From an uncultured Chloroflexia bacterium (GTDB lineage: Bacteria > Chloroflexota > Limnocylindria > Limnocylindrales > CSP1-4): 64,000 nucleotides of DNA. Below the pieces are notes generated by a model, which was not told the DNA's origin, searched no databases, and saw only the letters and a program-made list of their open reading frames with translations. A program made the position numbers and the translations under genes. Numbering within the stretch: position 1 is the stretch's first letter; the number at the start of each line of letters is the position of its first letter. Location of the stretch: assembly GCA_963813535.1 (NCBI GenBank), contig CAWEZH010000002.1:1920001-1984000 (forward strand), written 5' to 3'. Positions 29,562-38,418 of this stretch are shown in pieces.

Positions 29562-30427
29562 CGCGACTCCAAGGTCTCCAGCTTGGCCTGGCGCCAGCGC
29601 TCGGTGACCTCGACCGCGTTGAACAGGTACAGGTGGAAGCTCGTGATGTCCGCCGCCGGGTCGGCGACCGTCGGGGCGATCCCCTCGAGCAGGGCATCCG
29701 GCCGGTAGAAGCCGCCGGAGCGGACGAGTCGCGCGACGAAGCGCACATTCTTCGCGAGGAATCGGTGCGTGTCAGCTACCCCGATCCGCGCCGCAAGCGC
29801 GAGCAGCTTCTGCGGTTCGGCGACACCGGGCACGCCGACGTGGACGGGCAACATCAGCCCCTCAGCGCGGCGCGCGGCGAGCCAGGTCGAGATGGCCGCC
29901 GGATCGAAGCAGAGCTGAGTCGTCATGTACTGCGCGAACTCGGCCTTGGCCCGGAGCGCGTCCAGCAACGGGCCGTCGGCGATGAACGAATGCCCCTGCG
30001 GGTACGCCGGGACGCCGACATGGCGGAACGGGTGGCCGATCTCGGCCAGCTCACGGAGCAGCGACAACCCGTCGACATATGCCCCGGGTTCCTTCTCGTC
30101 GCCACCGACCACGAACGCCCGATCGATGCCGGCGTCTTCGAGTGCTGCGACGAGCGACGTCAGGTGCGCACGGTCACGGACCATCCGTGCCGACAGGTGC
30201 GGGACGACCGTGAAGCCCGCCAGACGGAGCTGCGCCGCTAGTTCCACCGTGGCCTCGAGCCCTTTGGTCGGGGAGGCGGTCACCGACACCGTCGCTCCGG
30301 GTGGCAGGTACTCGGCCTGGTCCATGGCGTTCTTGAGCGGGATGAGCTCGAACGTCGGGGCGCGCAGCCGCGACCACAGGGCCTCGCGGGCGCTCGCTGA
30401 CAGGCGAGCATGGCGGCGGAACAGCAC
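29558..30427 (-). CDS. metF: 5,10-methylenetetrahydrofolate reductase
   Basis: PHLSARM, FVVGGD, AYPQGH, TTQLCFD, FHLYLFN. Confidence 0.85.
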   Translation of the reverse strand: MLFRRHARLSASAREALWSRLRAPTFELIPLKNAMDQAEYLPPGATVSVTASPTKGLEATVELAAQLRLAGFTVVPHLSARMVRDRAHLTSLVAALEDAGIDRAFVVGGDEKEPGAYVDGLSLLRELAEIGHPFRHVGVPAYPQGHSFIADGPLLDALRAKAEFAQYMTTQLCFDPAAISTWLAARRAEGLMLPVHVGVPGVAEPQKLLALAARIGVADTHRFLAKNVRFVARLVRSGGFYRPDALLEGIAPTVADPAADITSFHLYLFNAVEVTERWRQAKLETLESR

Positions 30428-30430
30428 AGC

Positions 30431-31972
30431 TCAGACCTCGGAGTCGGGCATCGACGCCTTGCGCCGGATCATGAACTCGAGCAGCTCCTCGTCGAGCGCC
30501 TGGTCGAGCGGCGGAGCCTCGTACTCCGCGAGCATCCGCTTCCAGATCGCGTTGGCGCGCTGCGCGGCGTCGAGCCCGCCATCCTCGCTCCACTGCTCGA
30601 ACGAGTTGTTGTCGGCCACCTCGGAGCGGTAGAACGCGGTCTCGAAATTGGCGAGCGTGTGGGCCGTGCCGAGGAAATGCTGCCCCGGCGGGTTCGCCCG
30701 GATCGCGTCGAGAGCCTGGCCGTTCTCGGACATGTCGACGCCCTTCACGAAGACGGCCATCATCCCGCACTGGTCGGCGTCGAGGATGAACTTCTCGTAC
30801 CCGACGGTCAGCCCGCCCTCGAGCCAGCCGGCGGCATGGAGCACGAAGTTCACGCCGCCGAGCACGGTCGGCTGGAGCGTGGCCGCACTCTCGTAGGCGG
30901 CCTGCGCGTCGGGGATCTTGGAGGCGCACAGCGAACCGCCGGAGCGGAACGGCACGCCGAGCCGCCGAGCGAGCGAGGCCATCGTGTAGAGCACCAGTGC
31001 CGGTTCCGGCGTCCCGAACGTCGGCGCTCCCGATTGCATCGACATCGAGCTCGCGAAGCTGCCGAGGACGACCGGCGCGCCGGGCCGCACCAGCTGCACG
31101 AAGGTCATGCCGGCGAGCGCCTCGGCGAGGGTCTGGGCGGCGACGCCCGCGGCGGTCACCGGCGCCATCGCCCCGGCCAGGATGAACGGCGTCAGCAGGG
31201 TCGCCTGGTTGGCCTCGGCGTAGGCTCGCGCCGCGCCGAGCATCGTCGCGTCCCAGACCAGCGGCGAGTTGGCGTTGATCAGCGACAGGACGACCGCGTG
31301 GTCGTCGAGGTAGTCGGCGCCGAACAGGATCCGCGCCATGTCGACGGTGTCGCGCGCCCGCTCGGGCGCCGTGACGGAGCCCATGAACGGCTTGTCCGAG
31401 AAGCGCATGTGCGAATAGACCATGTCGAGGTGGCGCTTGTTGACCGGGACGTCGACCGGCTCGCAGACCGTCCCGCCGCTGTGATGGAGATGCGGCGAGA
31501 GATAGGTCAGCTTCACGAGGTTCCGGAAGTCCTCGATCGTGCCGTAGCGGCGGCCGCGGTCGAGGTCGCGCACGAACGGTGAGCCGTAGTTCGGCGCGAA
31601 GACCGTGTGCGCTCCACCGATCTCGACGCTGTTCGCCTCGTTGCGGGCGTACTGGGTGAACTGGCGTGGGGCGGTCGCCTGGACGATCGTGCGGCACATG
31701 CCACGCGGGAAGCGAACGAGCTCGCCGTCCACATCCGCGCCAGCATCGTGCAGCAACCGGACGGCCTCTGGATCGCCGCGGAACACGACGCCGACCTCCT
31801 CGAGGATGGTGTCGGCGTTGTGCTCGATGAGCGACAGGCCCTCCTCGTCGAGCACCTCGAAGGGCGCCAGCGTCCGCGTCAGGAACGGCGTCCGTTCGAG
31901 CTGCGCGTGGAGACGTGCCGCCCGCCGAGCGTCGCGGCCGCCACTGCGGCGCGTCGGCACCGGATCGCTCAT
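30431..31972 (-). CDS. Non-pyrrolysine trimethylamine-methyltransferase family protein (MttB/MtgB; probable glycine betaine:corrinoid methyltransferase)
   Basis: ILEEVG, SGGTVCEPVD, INANSPL, GAMAPVT, GAPTFGTPE, LHAAGWLEGGL; no internal amber codon. Confidence 0.9.
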   Translation of the reverse strand: MSDPVPTRRSGGRDARRAARLHAQLERTPFLTRTLAPFEVLDEEGLSLIEHNADTILEEVGVVFRGDPEAVRLLHDAGADVDGELVRFPRGMCRTIVQATAPRQFTQYARNEANSVEIGGAHTVFAPNYGSPFVRDLDRGRRYGTIEDFRNLVKLTYLSPHLHHSGGTVCEPVDVPVNKRHLDMVYSHMRFSDKPFMGSVTAPERARDTVDMARILFGADYLDDHAVVLSLINANSPLVWDATMLGAARAYAEANQATLLTPFILAGAMAPVTAAGVAAQTLAEALAGMTFVQLVRPGAPVVLGSFASSMSMQSGAPTFGTPEPALVLYTMASLARRLGVPFRSGGSLCASKIPDAQAAYESAATLQPTVLGGVNFVLHAAGWLEGGLTVGYEKFILDADQCGMMAVFVKGVDMSENGQALDAIRANPPGQHFLGTAHTLANFETAFYRSEVADNNSFEQWSEDGGLDAAQRANAIWKRMLAEYEAPPLDQALDEELLEFMIRRKASMPDSEV

Positions 31973-34038
31973 CGCTCGTCACCGGGCACGGCCCGGAGGG
32001 CGGGTCGGCGTCGTCGCCGATCGCGCGGTCCGTCCAGGGTGCGCTCCGTCGACGGGCCGCGAGCCGGCAGGTCGACGACCCGTTCGAGATTCGGGTTGGG
32101 GGCCGTGCGGTGCGGGATCGCCATGGCTTCGACGAAGTGCTCCTGGAACCGGGGCTCGACCGCCGTCTCGATCTTCTCGACCCGCCGCACGACCGACTCG
32201 ATCTCGCGCCTGGCCTCGCCGGACAACAGGGCGATCAGCGCGCCCGTTCCGGCGGCGTTACCGGCAGCTCGCACACGACCGAGGTCGCAATCGGGCACGA
32301 GGCCCAGCACCATCGCGTGGAGCGGGTCGATCTGGCTGCCGAACGCCCCGGCCAGCCGGACCTCGTCGACCGTGTCGCTTCCGAGCTGATCCATCAGCAG
32401 GCGGGCACCGGCGTACAGGGCGGCCTTGGCGAGCTGGATCGCCCGGACATCGTTCTGGGTGATGACGATGCGTGGACCGCCTTCGGCGGCATCGTGCAGG
32501 ACGTAGCTGAACGTCCGTCCGTCGGCGACGATCCGCGGTGTCCGGGCGGCGACCGCGCCGTCGATCACGCCGTCGGCGGTGATCACGCCCGCCAGGAAGA
32601 GCTCGGCGATCACTTCGATGATGCCGGATCCGCAGATGCCGGTGATGCCGGCGCCGGCAGTCTCAAGCGCATCGCCGAAGGCGGGCTCGTCGGACCAGGC
32701 ATCGACACCGATCACCCGGAAGCGGGGCTCGAGCGTCGACCGGTCGACACGCACGCGTTCGATCGCACCCGGGGCCGCGCGCTGACCCGAGCTGATCTGG
32801 GCGCCCTCGAACGCCGGGCCGGTCGGGCTGCTCGCGGCCAGCAGCCGGTCCCGGTTGCCGAGCACGATCTCGGCGTTCGTGCCGACGTCGACGATCAGCG
32901 TGATGGCTTCGGCTTCGTGCGGCTCTTCCGCGAGGATCACGCCGGCCGTGTCCGCGCCGACGTGACCGGCGATGCACGGCAGGACGTAGACGCGGGCGCC
33001 GGGATGCGCGTAGACGCCGAGCTCGGCGGCGGTCGTGGTGACCGCCGTATCGGTGGCGAGCGCGAACGGCGCGGAACCGAGTGGCGTCGGATCGATACCC
33101 AACAGCAGGTGATGCATGATCGGGTTCCCGACGATCGCCAGCTCGAGGATGTCGAGCCGCTTGGTGTCGCTCTTGTTGGCCAGCGCAGCAAGCAATCCAT
33201 CGAGCGCCTTGCGCACGGCCGTCGTCAGTTCGACGTCGCCACCGTCGTGCATCATCACGTACGAGACCCGGCTCATCAGGTCCTCGCCGAACCGGATCTG
33301 CGGGTTCATCACCCCGGCGCTGGCGAGGATCTCGCCGCTCAGGAGGTTCACGAGGTGGCCGGCGATCGTCGTCGACCCCACATCGATCGCGACCCCGAGC
33401 GCGCGGTCATGGAAGCCCGGCCAGACGGCGATCACGTCGCGGCCACCGTGGACGGCCACCGTCACGCGGTAGGAGCCGGCCGTCAGTGTCGACTGCAACG
33501 CGCGGATGACCGACAGGTCGGCGCGAAGATCGTCGAGGCCCCACTCGCGGCGAAGCGCCTCGAAGAGGCGCCCGAGGTCGCCGGTCGGCGTGGCGAGATC
33601 GGGCTCGGTGACATCGACGGTGTGGAGCCGCACGACCGGGTCCATCTCGAATGCCCGTGCGGCGAGGTCCTTGCGGATGATCTGCCGATGGACCTGGCTT
33701 TCCGGTGGGACGTCGATCAGCGCGTCGCCGAGCACTGCGGCCGTGCACGACAACCGCCGGTCCTCGGCCAGGCCCTGCTCCTCGCGGTAGGCCGTCTCGA
33801 GCTGGCCGGGCTCCGCGATGTGGTCCGGCGCGGACGTGATCCCGTGCTTCGCGAATGAGCCGAAGACCGGCGTGACGGTGCATCGACCACAGACCCCACG
33901 GCTGCCGCAGACGGCATCGATGTCGACACCCAGCGAGCGAGCGGCGTCGAGGATCGTGGTCCCGGACGGCACGCGACCGCGTCGTCCGGAGGGCGTGAAG
34001 ATGACCTGCGGGTCCGCCACGGTCACGGTCGGGGCCAC
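31969..34038 (-). CDS. Reductive activator of corrinoid proteins (RACo/RamA-like; 2Fe-2S + ASKHA)
   Basis: CGSRGVCGRC...RLSC ferredoxin; DVGSTT, GEDLMSR, DVGTNAE, TGICGSG, LAGAFG. Start GTG 34038 or 34020. Confidence 0.9.
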   Translation of the reverse strand: MAPTVTVADPQVIFTPSGRRGRVPSGTTILDAARSLGVDIDAVCGSRGVCGRCTVTPVFGSFAKHGITSAPDHIAEPGQLETAYREEQGLAEDRRLSCTAAVLGDALIDVPPESQVHRQIIRKDLAARAFEMDPVVRLHTVDVTEPDLATPTGDLGRLFEALRREWGLDDLRADLSVIRALQSTLTAGSYRVTVAVHGGRDVIAVWPGFHDRALGVAIDVGSTTIAGHLVNLLSGEILASAGVMNPQIRFGEDLMSRVSYVMMHDGGDVELTTAVRKALDGLLAALANKSDTKRLDILELAIVGNPIMHHLLLGIDPTPLGSAPFALATDTAVTTTAAELGVYAHPGARVYVLPCIAGHVGADTAGVILAEEPHEAEAITLIVDVGTNAEIVLGNRDRLLAASSPTGPAFEGAQISSGQRAAPGAIERVRVDRSTLEPRFRVIGVDAWSDEPAFGDALETAGAGITGICGSGIIEVIAELFLAGVITADGVIDGAVAARTPRIVADGRTFSYVLHDAAEGGPRIVITQNDVRAIQLAKAALYAGARLLMDQLGSDTVDEVRLAGAFGSQIDPLHAMVLGLVPDCDLGRVRAAGNAAGTGALIALLSGEARREIESVVRRVEKIETAVEPRFQEHFVEAMAIPHRTAPNPNLERVVDLPARGPSTERTLDGPRDRRRRRPALRAVPGDER

Positions 34039-34144
34039 GGGCCCGCGGTCAGCTACTGGCCGGGACGTCGAGCCCCGGGACGTCCACACCCGGCACGTCG
34101 GCTGAGCGTTCCGGCGCGGCGCCGTTCGACGCTGGACCACGGCG

Positions 34145-35026
34145 TCAATTCACGCGGCGGCGGCCGGCCTCGCCCTCGGCCGGCTCCACCCGGAACTGGC
34201 GGATCCAGCGGGCGGCGTCGCGATCGTTGCCCATCAGGACATCGCTCGCCATGACCGCCGTGCGCACACCCTCCGAGATCGGGTTGGTGATGGCCGAGGT
34301 CAGTCCCGAGGCGATCGCCATGTTGAGGAACGCGCCGTTGATGCCCTCGCGGTTCGGCAGGCCGAAGCTGACGTTCGACGCCCCGCAGGTGGAATTCACC
34401 CTCAGCTCGTCGCGCAGGCGCCCGAGGATCCGGAACACCTGGCGGCCGGCACCGGCCAGCGCACCGATCGGCATGAGCAGCGGGTCAACCACGATGTCCT
34501 CGCGCGGGATGCCATGATCGGCGGCCCGCTCGACGATGCGCTTGGCGACGGCGAAGCGGACGTCGGGATCCATGCTGATGCCGGTCTCGTCGTTGCTGAT
34601 GGCGACGACCGCGCAGCCGTACTTCTTGACGAGCGGCAGCACCCGCTCGAGCCGCTCCTCTTCGCCCGTCACGCTATTGAGCAGCGGCTTGCCCTGGTAC
34701 ACGGCCAGGCCGGCCTCGAGCGCCTCGACGATCGACGAGTCGATCGATAACGGGAGGTCCGTGAGCGATTGGACGAGCTGGATGGTCTTGGCGAGGATCG
34801 CCGGCTCGTCTGCCAGGGGGATGCCCGCATTGACGTCGAGCATCTGCGCGCCGGCCTCGACCTGGGCGATCGTGTCGCGCTCGACGCGCGAGAAATCCCC
34901 GGCCGCCATCTCCTCCGCGAGCAGCTTGCGACCAGTCGGGTTGATGCGCTCGCCGATGACCACGAAGGGCCGGTCATCGCCGAAAACGACCTCCCGGGTC
35001 GCGGAGCTGACGATGGTCCGCGTCAT
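34145..35026 (-). CDS. Methyltetrahydrofolate:corrinoid methyltransferase (stand-alone pterin-binding domain)
   Basis: IGERINPTGRK, LDVNAG, SIDSS, LNSVTGE, GASNVSFGLPNR. Confidence 0.9.
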   Translation of the reverse strand: MTRTIVSSATREVVFGDDRPFVVIGERINPTGRKLLAEEMAAGDFSRVERDTIAQVEAGAQMLDVNAGIPLADEPAILAKTIQLVQSLTDLPLSIDSSIVEALEAGLAVYQGKPLLNSVTGEEERLERVLPLVKKYGCAVVAISNDETGISMDPDVRFAVAKRIVERAADHGIPREDIVVDPLLMPIGALAGAGRQVFRILGRLRDELRVNSTCGASNVSFGLPNREGINGAFLNMAIASGLTSAITNPISEGVRTAVMASDVLMGNDRDAARWIRQFRVEPAEGEAGRRRVN

Positions 35027-35370
35027 GCGCCGGCCTTGCCCTGCGTCTCATCGTGCGCGGGCGGCAACGTCTCGGCGCCGTCGACGCCACCGGACTGGAT
35101 CAGCATCGCGAGGCGGTGCTTGTCGTAGTCGGCCTCGAGACGCTCGGCCTCGGCGGCGACCTCCTCGTCGATGTCGTCGCCGCAACGGCGTTGCGTCCGT
35201 CGCCACTCCTCGATGTAGTCGTTGTATGCGCGTTTGCCGGCTCGGCTGGCGGCCTTGTCGATGGCGACCTGGAAGCGCGGGTGCAGGACGATCTTGCTCT
35301 GCTTGCGGCCCTCGCGGGCGGTGACCTGCGCCGGGATGTCGCGCCACCAGATGACGGTCATCGTGCCCAT
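35023..35370 (-). CDS. Small conserved protein of the so-called virulence factor family (PF13769-like)
   Basis: WWRDIPAQV...RFQVAIDKAA...YIEEWR signature; embedded in the corrinoid operon. Confidence 0.8.
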   Translation of the reverse strand: MGTMTVIWWRDIPAQVTAREGRKQSKIVLHPRFQVAIDKAASRAGKRAYNDYIEEWRRTQRRCGDDIDEEVAAEAERLEADYDKHRLAMLIQSGGVDGAETLPPAHDETQGKAGA

Positions 35371-35373
35371 CGA

Positions 35374-36030
35374 TCAGCGACCCCCGAGCTCGATGAGCGG
35401 GACGACTGCCGGAGCGGGTCGCCCGGCCGCGACCGCAGCGATCGTGGTCCCGAGCTGGCCATAGCCGGTCGATCGCTGCTCGTAGCGGAGGCCGAGGCGC
35501 CGGGCGGCGCGTCGCGCGATCACTGCCAGCGCGGGGTCATCGGTCTGGGCGAGGTACACGAGCCGCTGATAGTTGCCGAAGTACTGGTGGCGCAGCTCGG
35601 GGTGCCGGTCGAGACCGAGACCCTTGATGACCAGCCGGTCGAAGTTGCGGGCGAGGAAATCGGTCAGGAAGAAGGTCCCCGGCTCGTCTTCGACCATCCG
35701 CGCGAATTCGGGGCTCGTCGCATAGAACTCGTAGCAATGCGCGCCTGCAAGGCGCTCGACGCCCTCCTCGGCGATGACGGGGTCGAGGAGGCCGCCGGTG
35801 CCGCAATCGGCATAGGCGACGAAGACGCGGTCGTAGCCGGCCCGCCGCCGGCGGATCCGTTCGCGGACGGCACCAGGGATCCCGCCCGGCCGGTTGTGGA
35901 GGGTCGCCGGCAGGCAGGTGATGTCGACGTTCGGCAGATCCTTCGTCAGCGCCACGAGCTCACGGGCGAGGGCCCCGCAGCCGACGACCAGGACCCGGGG
36001 CTCGCCCTTGTCAGGCCGGGACGCTGGCAC
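35374..36030 (-). CDS. DUF1638-family protein
   Basis: VGCGALARE, CLPATLHNRP, YADCGTGG, AHCYEFY, FFLTDFL. Start uncertain (36030 or 36105). Confidence 0.85.
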   Translation of the reverse strand: MPASRPDKGEPRVLVVGCGALARELVALTKDLPNVDITCLPATLHNRPGGIPGAVRERIRRRRAGYDRVFVAYADCGTGGLLDPVIAEEGVERLAGAHCYEFYATSPEFARMVEDEPGTFFLTDFLARNFDRLVIKGLGLDRHPELRHQYFGNYQRLVYLAQTDDPALAVIARRAARRLGLRYEQRSTGYGQLGTTIAAVAAGRPAPAVVPLIELGGR

Positions 36031-36718
36031 GCGCTCGTCGCTCGTCGATGAGCCGGCGGGCCGTCTCAGCGGCGACGCCGGCGTCCCGGCAGTAGGCGTC
36101 GGCACCGACCGCCATCCCGAACTCCTCGTTCAGCGGCGCTCCGCCGACCAGCACGATGTAGTCGTCCCGGATCTCGCGATCCTTGAGCGTCTGGATGACG
36201 ACCTTCATGTACGGCATCGTCGTCGTGAGGAGGGCCGACATCCCGAGGATGTCCGGCTTGTGCTCGGTGAGGGCGTTGATGAACTTGTCGGCATCGGTGT
36301 TGATGCCGAGATCGACCACCTCGAAGCCGGCACCCTCGAGCATCATCCCGACAAGGTTCTTGCCGATGTCGTGGATGTCGCCCTTGACCGTCCCGATGAC
36401 GACCTTGCCGACCGGCTCCGCGCCGGTCTCGGCGAGCAGTGGGCGAAGGATGGCCATGCCAGCCTTCATCGCGTTCGCCGCGAGGAGGACCTCGGGGACG
36501 AAGAGGATCCCGTCGCGGAAGTCGATGCCGACGATCTTCATGCCGGCGACCAGCGCGTCGTCGAGCACCTTCGTCGCGGAGAACCCGCGTTCGAGCAGGA
36601 TGTTGGTCCCCTCGACGATCTCGTCCTTCATGCCGTCGTAGAGGTCGTTGTGCATCTGCTCGACAAGCTCGTCGTCGGACAGGCTCTTGAGGTCGATGTC
36701 CTGATAGTCGTCGGTCAT
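36011..36718 (-). CDS. Stand-alone corrinoid (B12-binding) protein
   Basis: LFVPEVLLAANAM cap domain; GDIHDIGKN, SALLTTT, VGGA. ATG 36718. Confidence 0.93.
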   Translation of the reverse strand: MTDDYQDIDLKSLSDDELVEQMHNDLYDGMKDEIVEGTNILLERGFSATKVLDDALVAGMKIVGIDFRDGILFVPEVLLAANAMKAGMAILRPLLAETGAEPVGKVVIGTVKGDIHDIGKNLVGMMLEGAGFEVVDLGINTDADKFINALTEHKPDILGMSALLTTTMPYMKVVIQTLKDREIRDDYIVLVGGAPLNEEFGMAVGADAYCRDAGVAAETARRLIDERRARASVPA

Positions 36719-36765
36719 CTGTGTAGCGCTCCGGTCCCGAAGGCGGGGATGGGATCGGCGGGAGG

Positions 36766-36801
36766 GGTTCCACATCGTGGAACCGTGCCGTATGATGGAA
36801 C
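36766..36801. promoter_or_regulatory. Tandem IclR-type operators overlapping a TATGAT -10 element
   Basis: Perfect GGTTCCAC-atc-GTGGAACC (36766-36784) followed by degenerate GTGCCGTATGATGGAAC (36785-36801), between the divergent genes. Confidence 0.7.
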
Positions 36802-36825
36802 CCGCGACCACGAATGTAGCCGGAA

Positions 36826-37587
36826 GTGGAGCCAGTGTCCAGCGTCCAATCCATCAGACGGGCTTTCGCCGTGCTCGACGCCCTCGACGAAGGGCCGCTC
36901 GGCGTGACCGACGTCGCCGATCGAGCTGCCCTGCCGAAGTCCACGGCGGCTCGCCTCCTGGCCACGCTCGTCGGCGAGGGCGCGGTCGAGCAGGTCCCGG
37001 GCGAGACCTCGTACCGGCTCGGCCCGCGGTTGGTGACGCTGGCCGGCGGGTTCAGCCTCGTTCGCTCGCTCGCGGCGGTGGGCCGCCCGGTGCTCGCGGA
37101 TCTCGCGGCCGCGTCAGGCGAGGCGGCTGGGCTGGGGGTCCCTGACGGCGACCTCATCCACTACATCGACCAGGTCGACACGCCCAACCCCGTCGTCGTC
37201 CGTGACTGGACCGGCGCGCGAGCACCCTTGCACGCCGTCTCCTCCGGGCAGGTCCTGCTCGCGTTCCGCACGCCGGCCGGCATCGAGCGCTATCTCGCCC
37301 AGGCGTCGCTCGAGCGGTTCACCCCACGCACGTTGTCGGACCCCGAGACCGTCCGCGAACGTCTGCGGGACGTGCGTCGGCGTGGCTTCGCGTGGGCGAT
37401 CGAGGAGTTCGACGCCGGGATCGCGTCGGTCGCGGCGCCGATCGCGGACGCATCGGGTGAGGTCATCGCCGCGGTCCATATCCACGGGCCGTCGTACCAA
37501 TTCCCGCCGGCGGAGCGCGAGGCTGAGCTCTCGCAGCTGGTCGTGACGGGGGCCGCGCGCATCGCGGCGGGTTTGCGCGAAGGCTAG
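36826..37587 (+). CDS. IclR-family transcriptional regulator
   Basis: QSIRRAFAVL, LPKSTAARLL, YRLG, PLHAVSSGQVLLA, SVAAPI. Confidence 0.93.
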   Translation: MEPVSSVQSIRRAFAVLDALDEGPLGVTDVADRAALPKSTAARLLATLVGEGAVEQVPGETSYRLGPRLVTLAGGFSLVRSLAAVGRPVLADLAAASGEAAGLGVPDGDLIHYIDQVDTPNPVVVRDWTGARAPLHAVSSGQVLLAFRTPAGIERYLAQASLERFTPRTLSDPETVRERLRDVRRRGFAWAIEEFDAGIASVAAPIADASGEVIAAVHIHGPSYQFPPAEREAELSQLVVTGAARIAAGLREG

Positions 37588-37597
37588 CGGGGGCGGT

Positions 37598-37918
37598 TCA
37601 CTCGGTCGTCGCCGGACCCACCGGTTCGAGATCGATGGTCCGGACCTGGCGCGTCTTGCCGGCCTCGGTCCGCACCACCGCCGACGGGATCACCCCGTTC
37701 GACATGCGCTCGATGACGGCGACCTCCCCGGCATATAGGCCGTTGCCGGCGATGCGCACCCGCCCTCCGACGGCAAGGCCCGTGCGGCCCTTGCCCGCGC
37801 TCGTGTCGATGATGGCGACGGTGGGGCGAACGTAGGGCACGTCGTCCGGCAGCCCGGTGGGCGGCGGGGGTCGATTGGCGGTCTTGGCAGGCGGGTAATT
37901 GACTTTCCGTTTGGGCAC
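37598..37918 (-). CDS. Hypothetical protein with KOW/SH3-like C-terminal domain
   Basis: AGGAGG RBS; GGRVRIAGNGLYAGEVAVI resembles a KOW motif. Confidence 0.65.
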   Translation of the reverse strand: MPKRKVNYPPAKTANRPPPPTGLPDDVPYVRPTVAIIDTSAGKGRTGLAVGGRVRIAGNGLYAGEVAVIERMSNGVIPSAVVRTEAGKTRQVRTIDLEPVGPATTE

Positions 37919-37945
37919 TAGTCCTCCTGTTAGTCCGTTCTTCCT

Positions 37946-38317
37946 CTACTCCGGTTCGTCCGACTTGATGGCGCGCTTGGCCTTCGATGCCTTGGCCTCG
38001 ACGTCCGCCGCGAGCTCCGCAGCTTCCGCCTGGACGTCGTCGAGGGAGCCGGCGACGGCATCGGTCCCGTTGCCGCCGGTGATGTTGGACCGGACTTCGT
38101 CCACCTGGGCCGTCACATTCGTTTTGACGTCTTCGACCTGGGTTGCCACCTTGGTGCGGACGTCCTTAGTGCGCACGTCGATCTCGTCGCCGAGCTCTCC
38201 GAGCTTGCGGTCGACCCGGTACTTGTCCCGGAACTCCGAGCCGGCTCGAGACATGTACCAGGCAGCGGCTCCGGCCGCCACCACGATGCCGGCGATCATG
38301 CCACTGATGAAGCCCAT
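37946..38317 (-). CDS. YtxH-like protein (N-terminal TM + coiled coil)
   Basis: GFISGMIAGIVVAAGAAAWY, then a charged helical region; GAGGGAGG RBS. Confidence 0.7.
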   Translation of the reverse strand: MGFISGMIAGIVVAAGAAAWYMSRAGSEFRDKYRVDRKLGELGDEIDVRTKDVRTKVATQVEDVKTNVTAQVDEVRSNITGGNGTDAVAGSLDDVQAEAAELAADVEAKASKAKRAIKSDEPE

Positions 38318-38418
38318 CGGGTCACCTCCCTCTCACCGCGGGTCGGCCAGTTCGGATGGACACATACGACCGCGTCGGACCGAGTGTACTGCCGTCGGGT
38401 CATGTGCCCGTCAGGTGG

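Noticed and set aside
30431-31972. Pyrrolysine-containing MttB
   Set aside because: No in-frame TAG and no pyl genes in the window.
34120-34147. Selenocysteine recoding at TGA 34145 (a short stem follows)
   Set aside because: Lies in a low-complexity Arg-rich tail with no Cys-equivalent position; 5-6 bp stems arise by chance at this GC.
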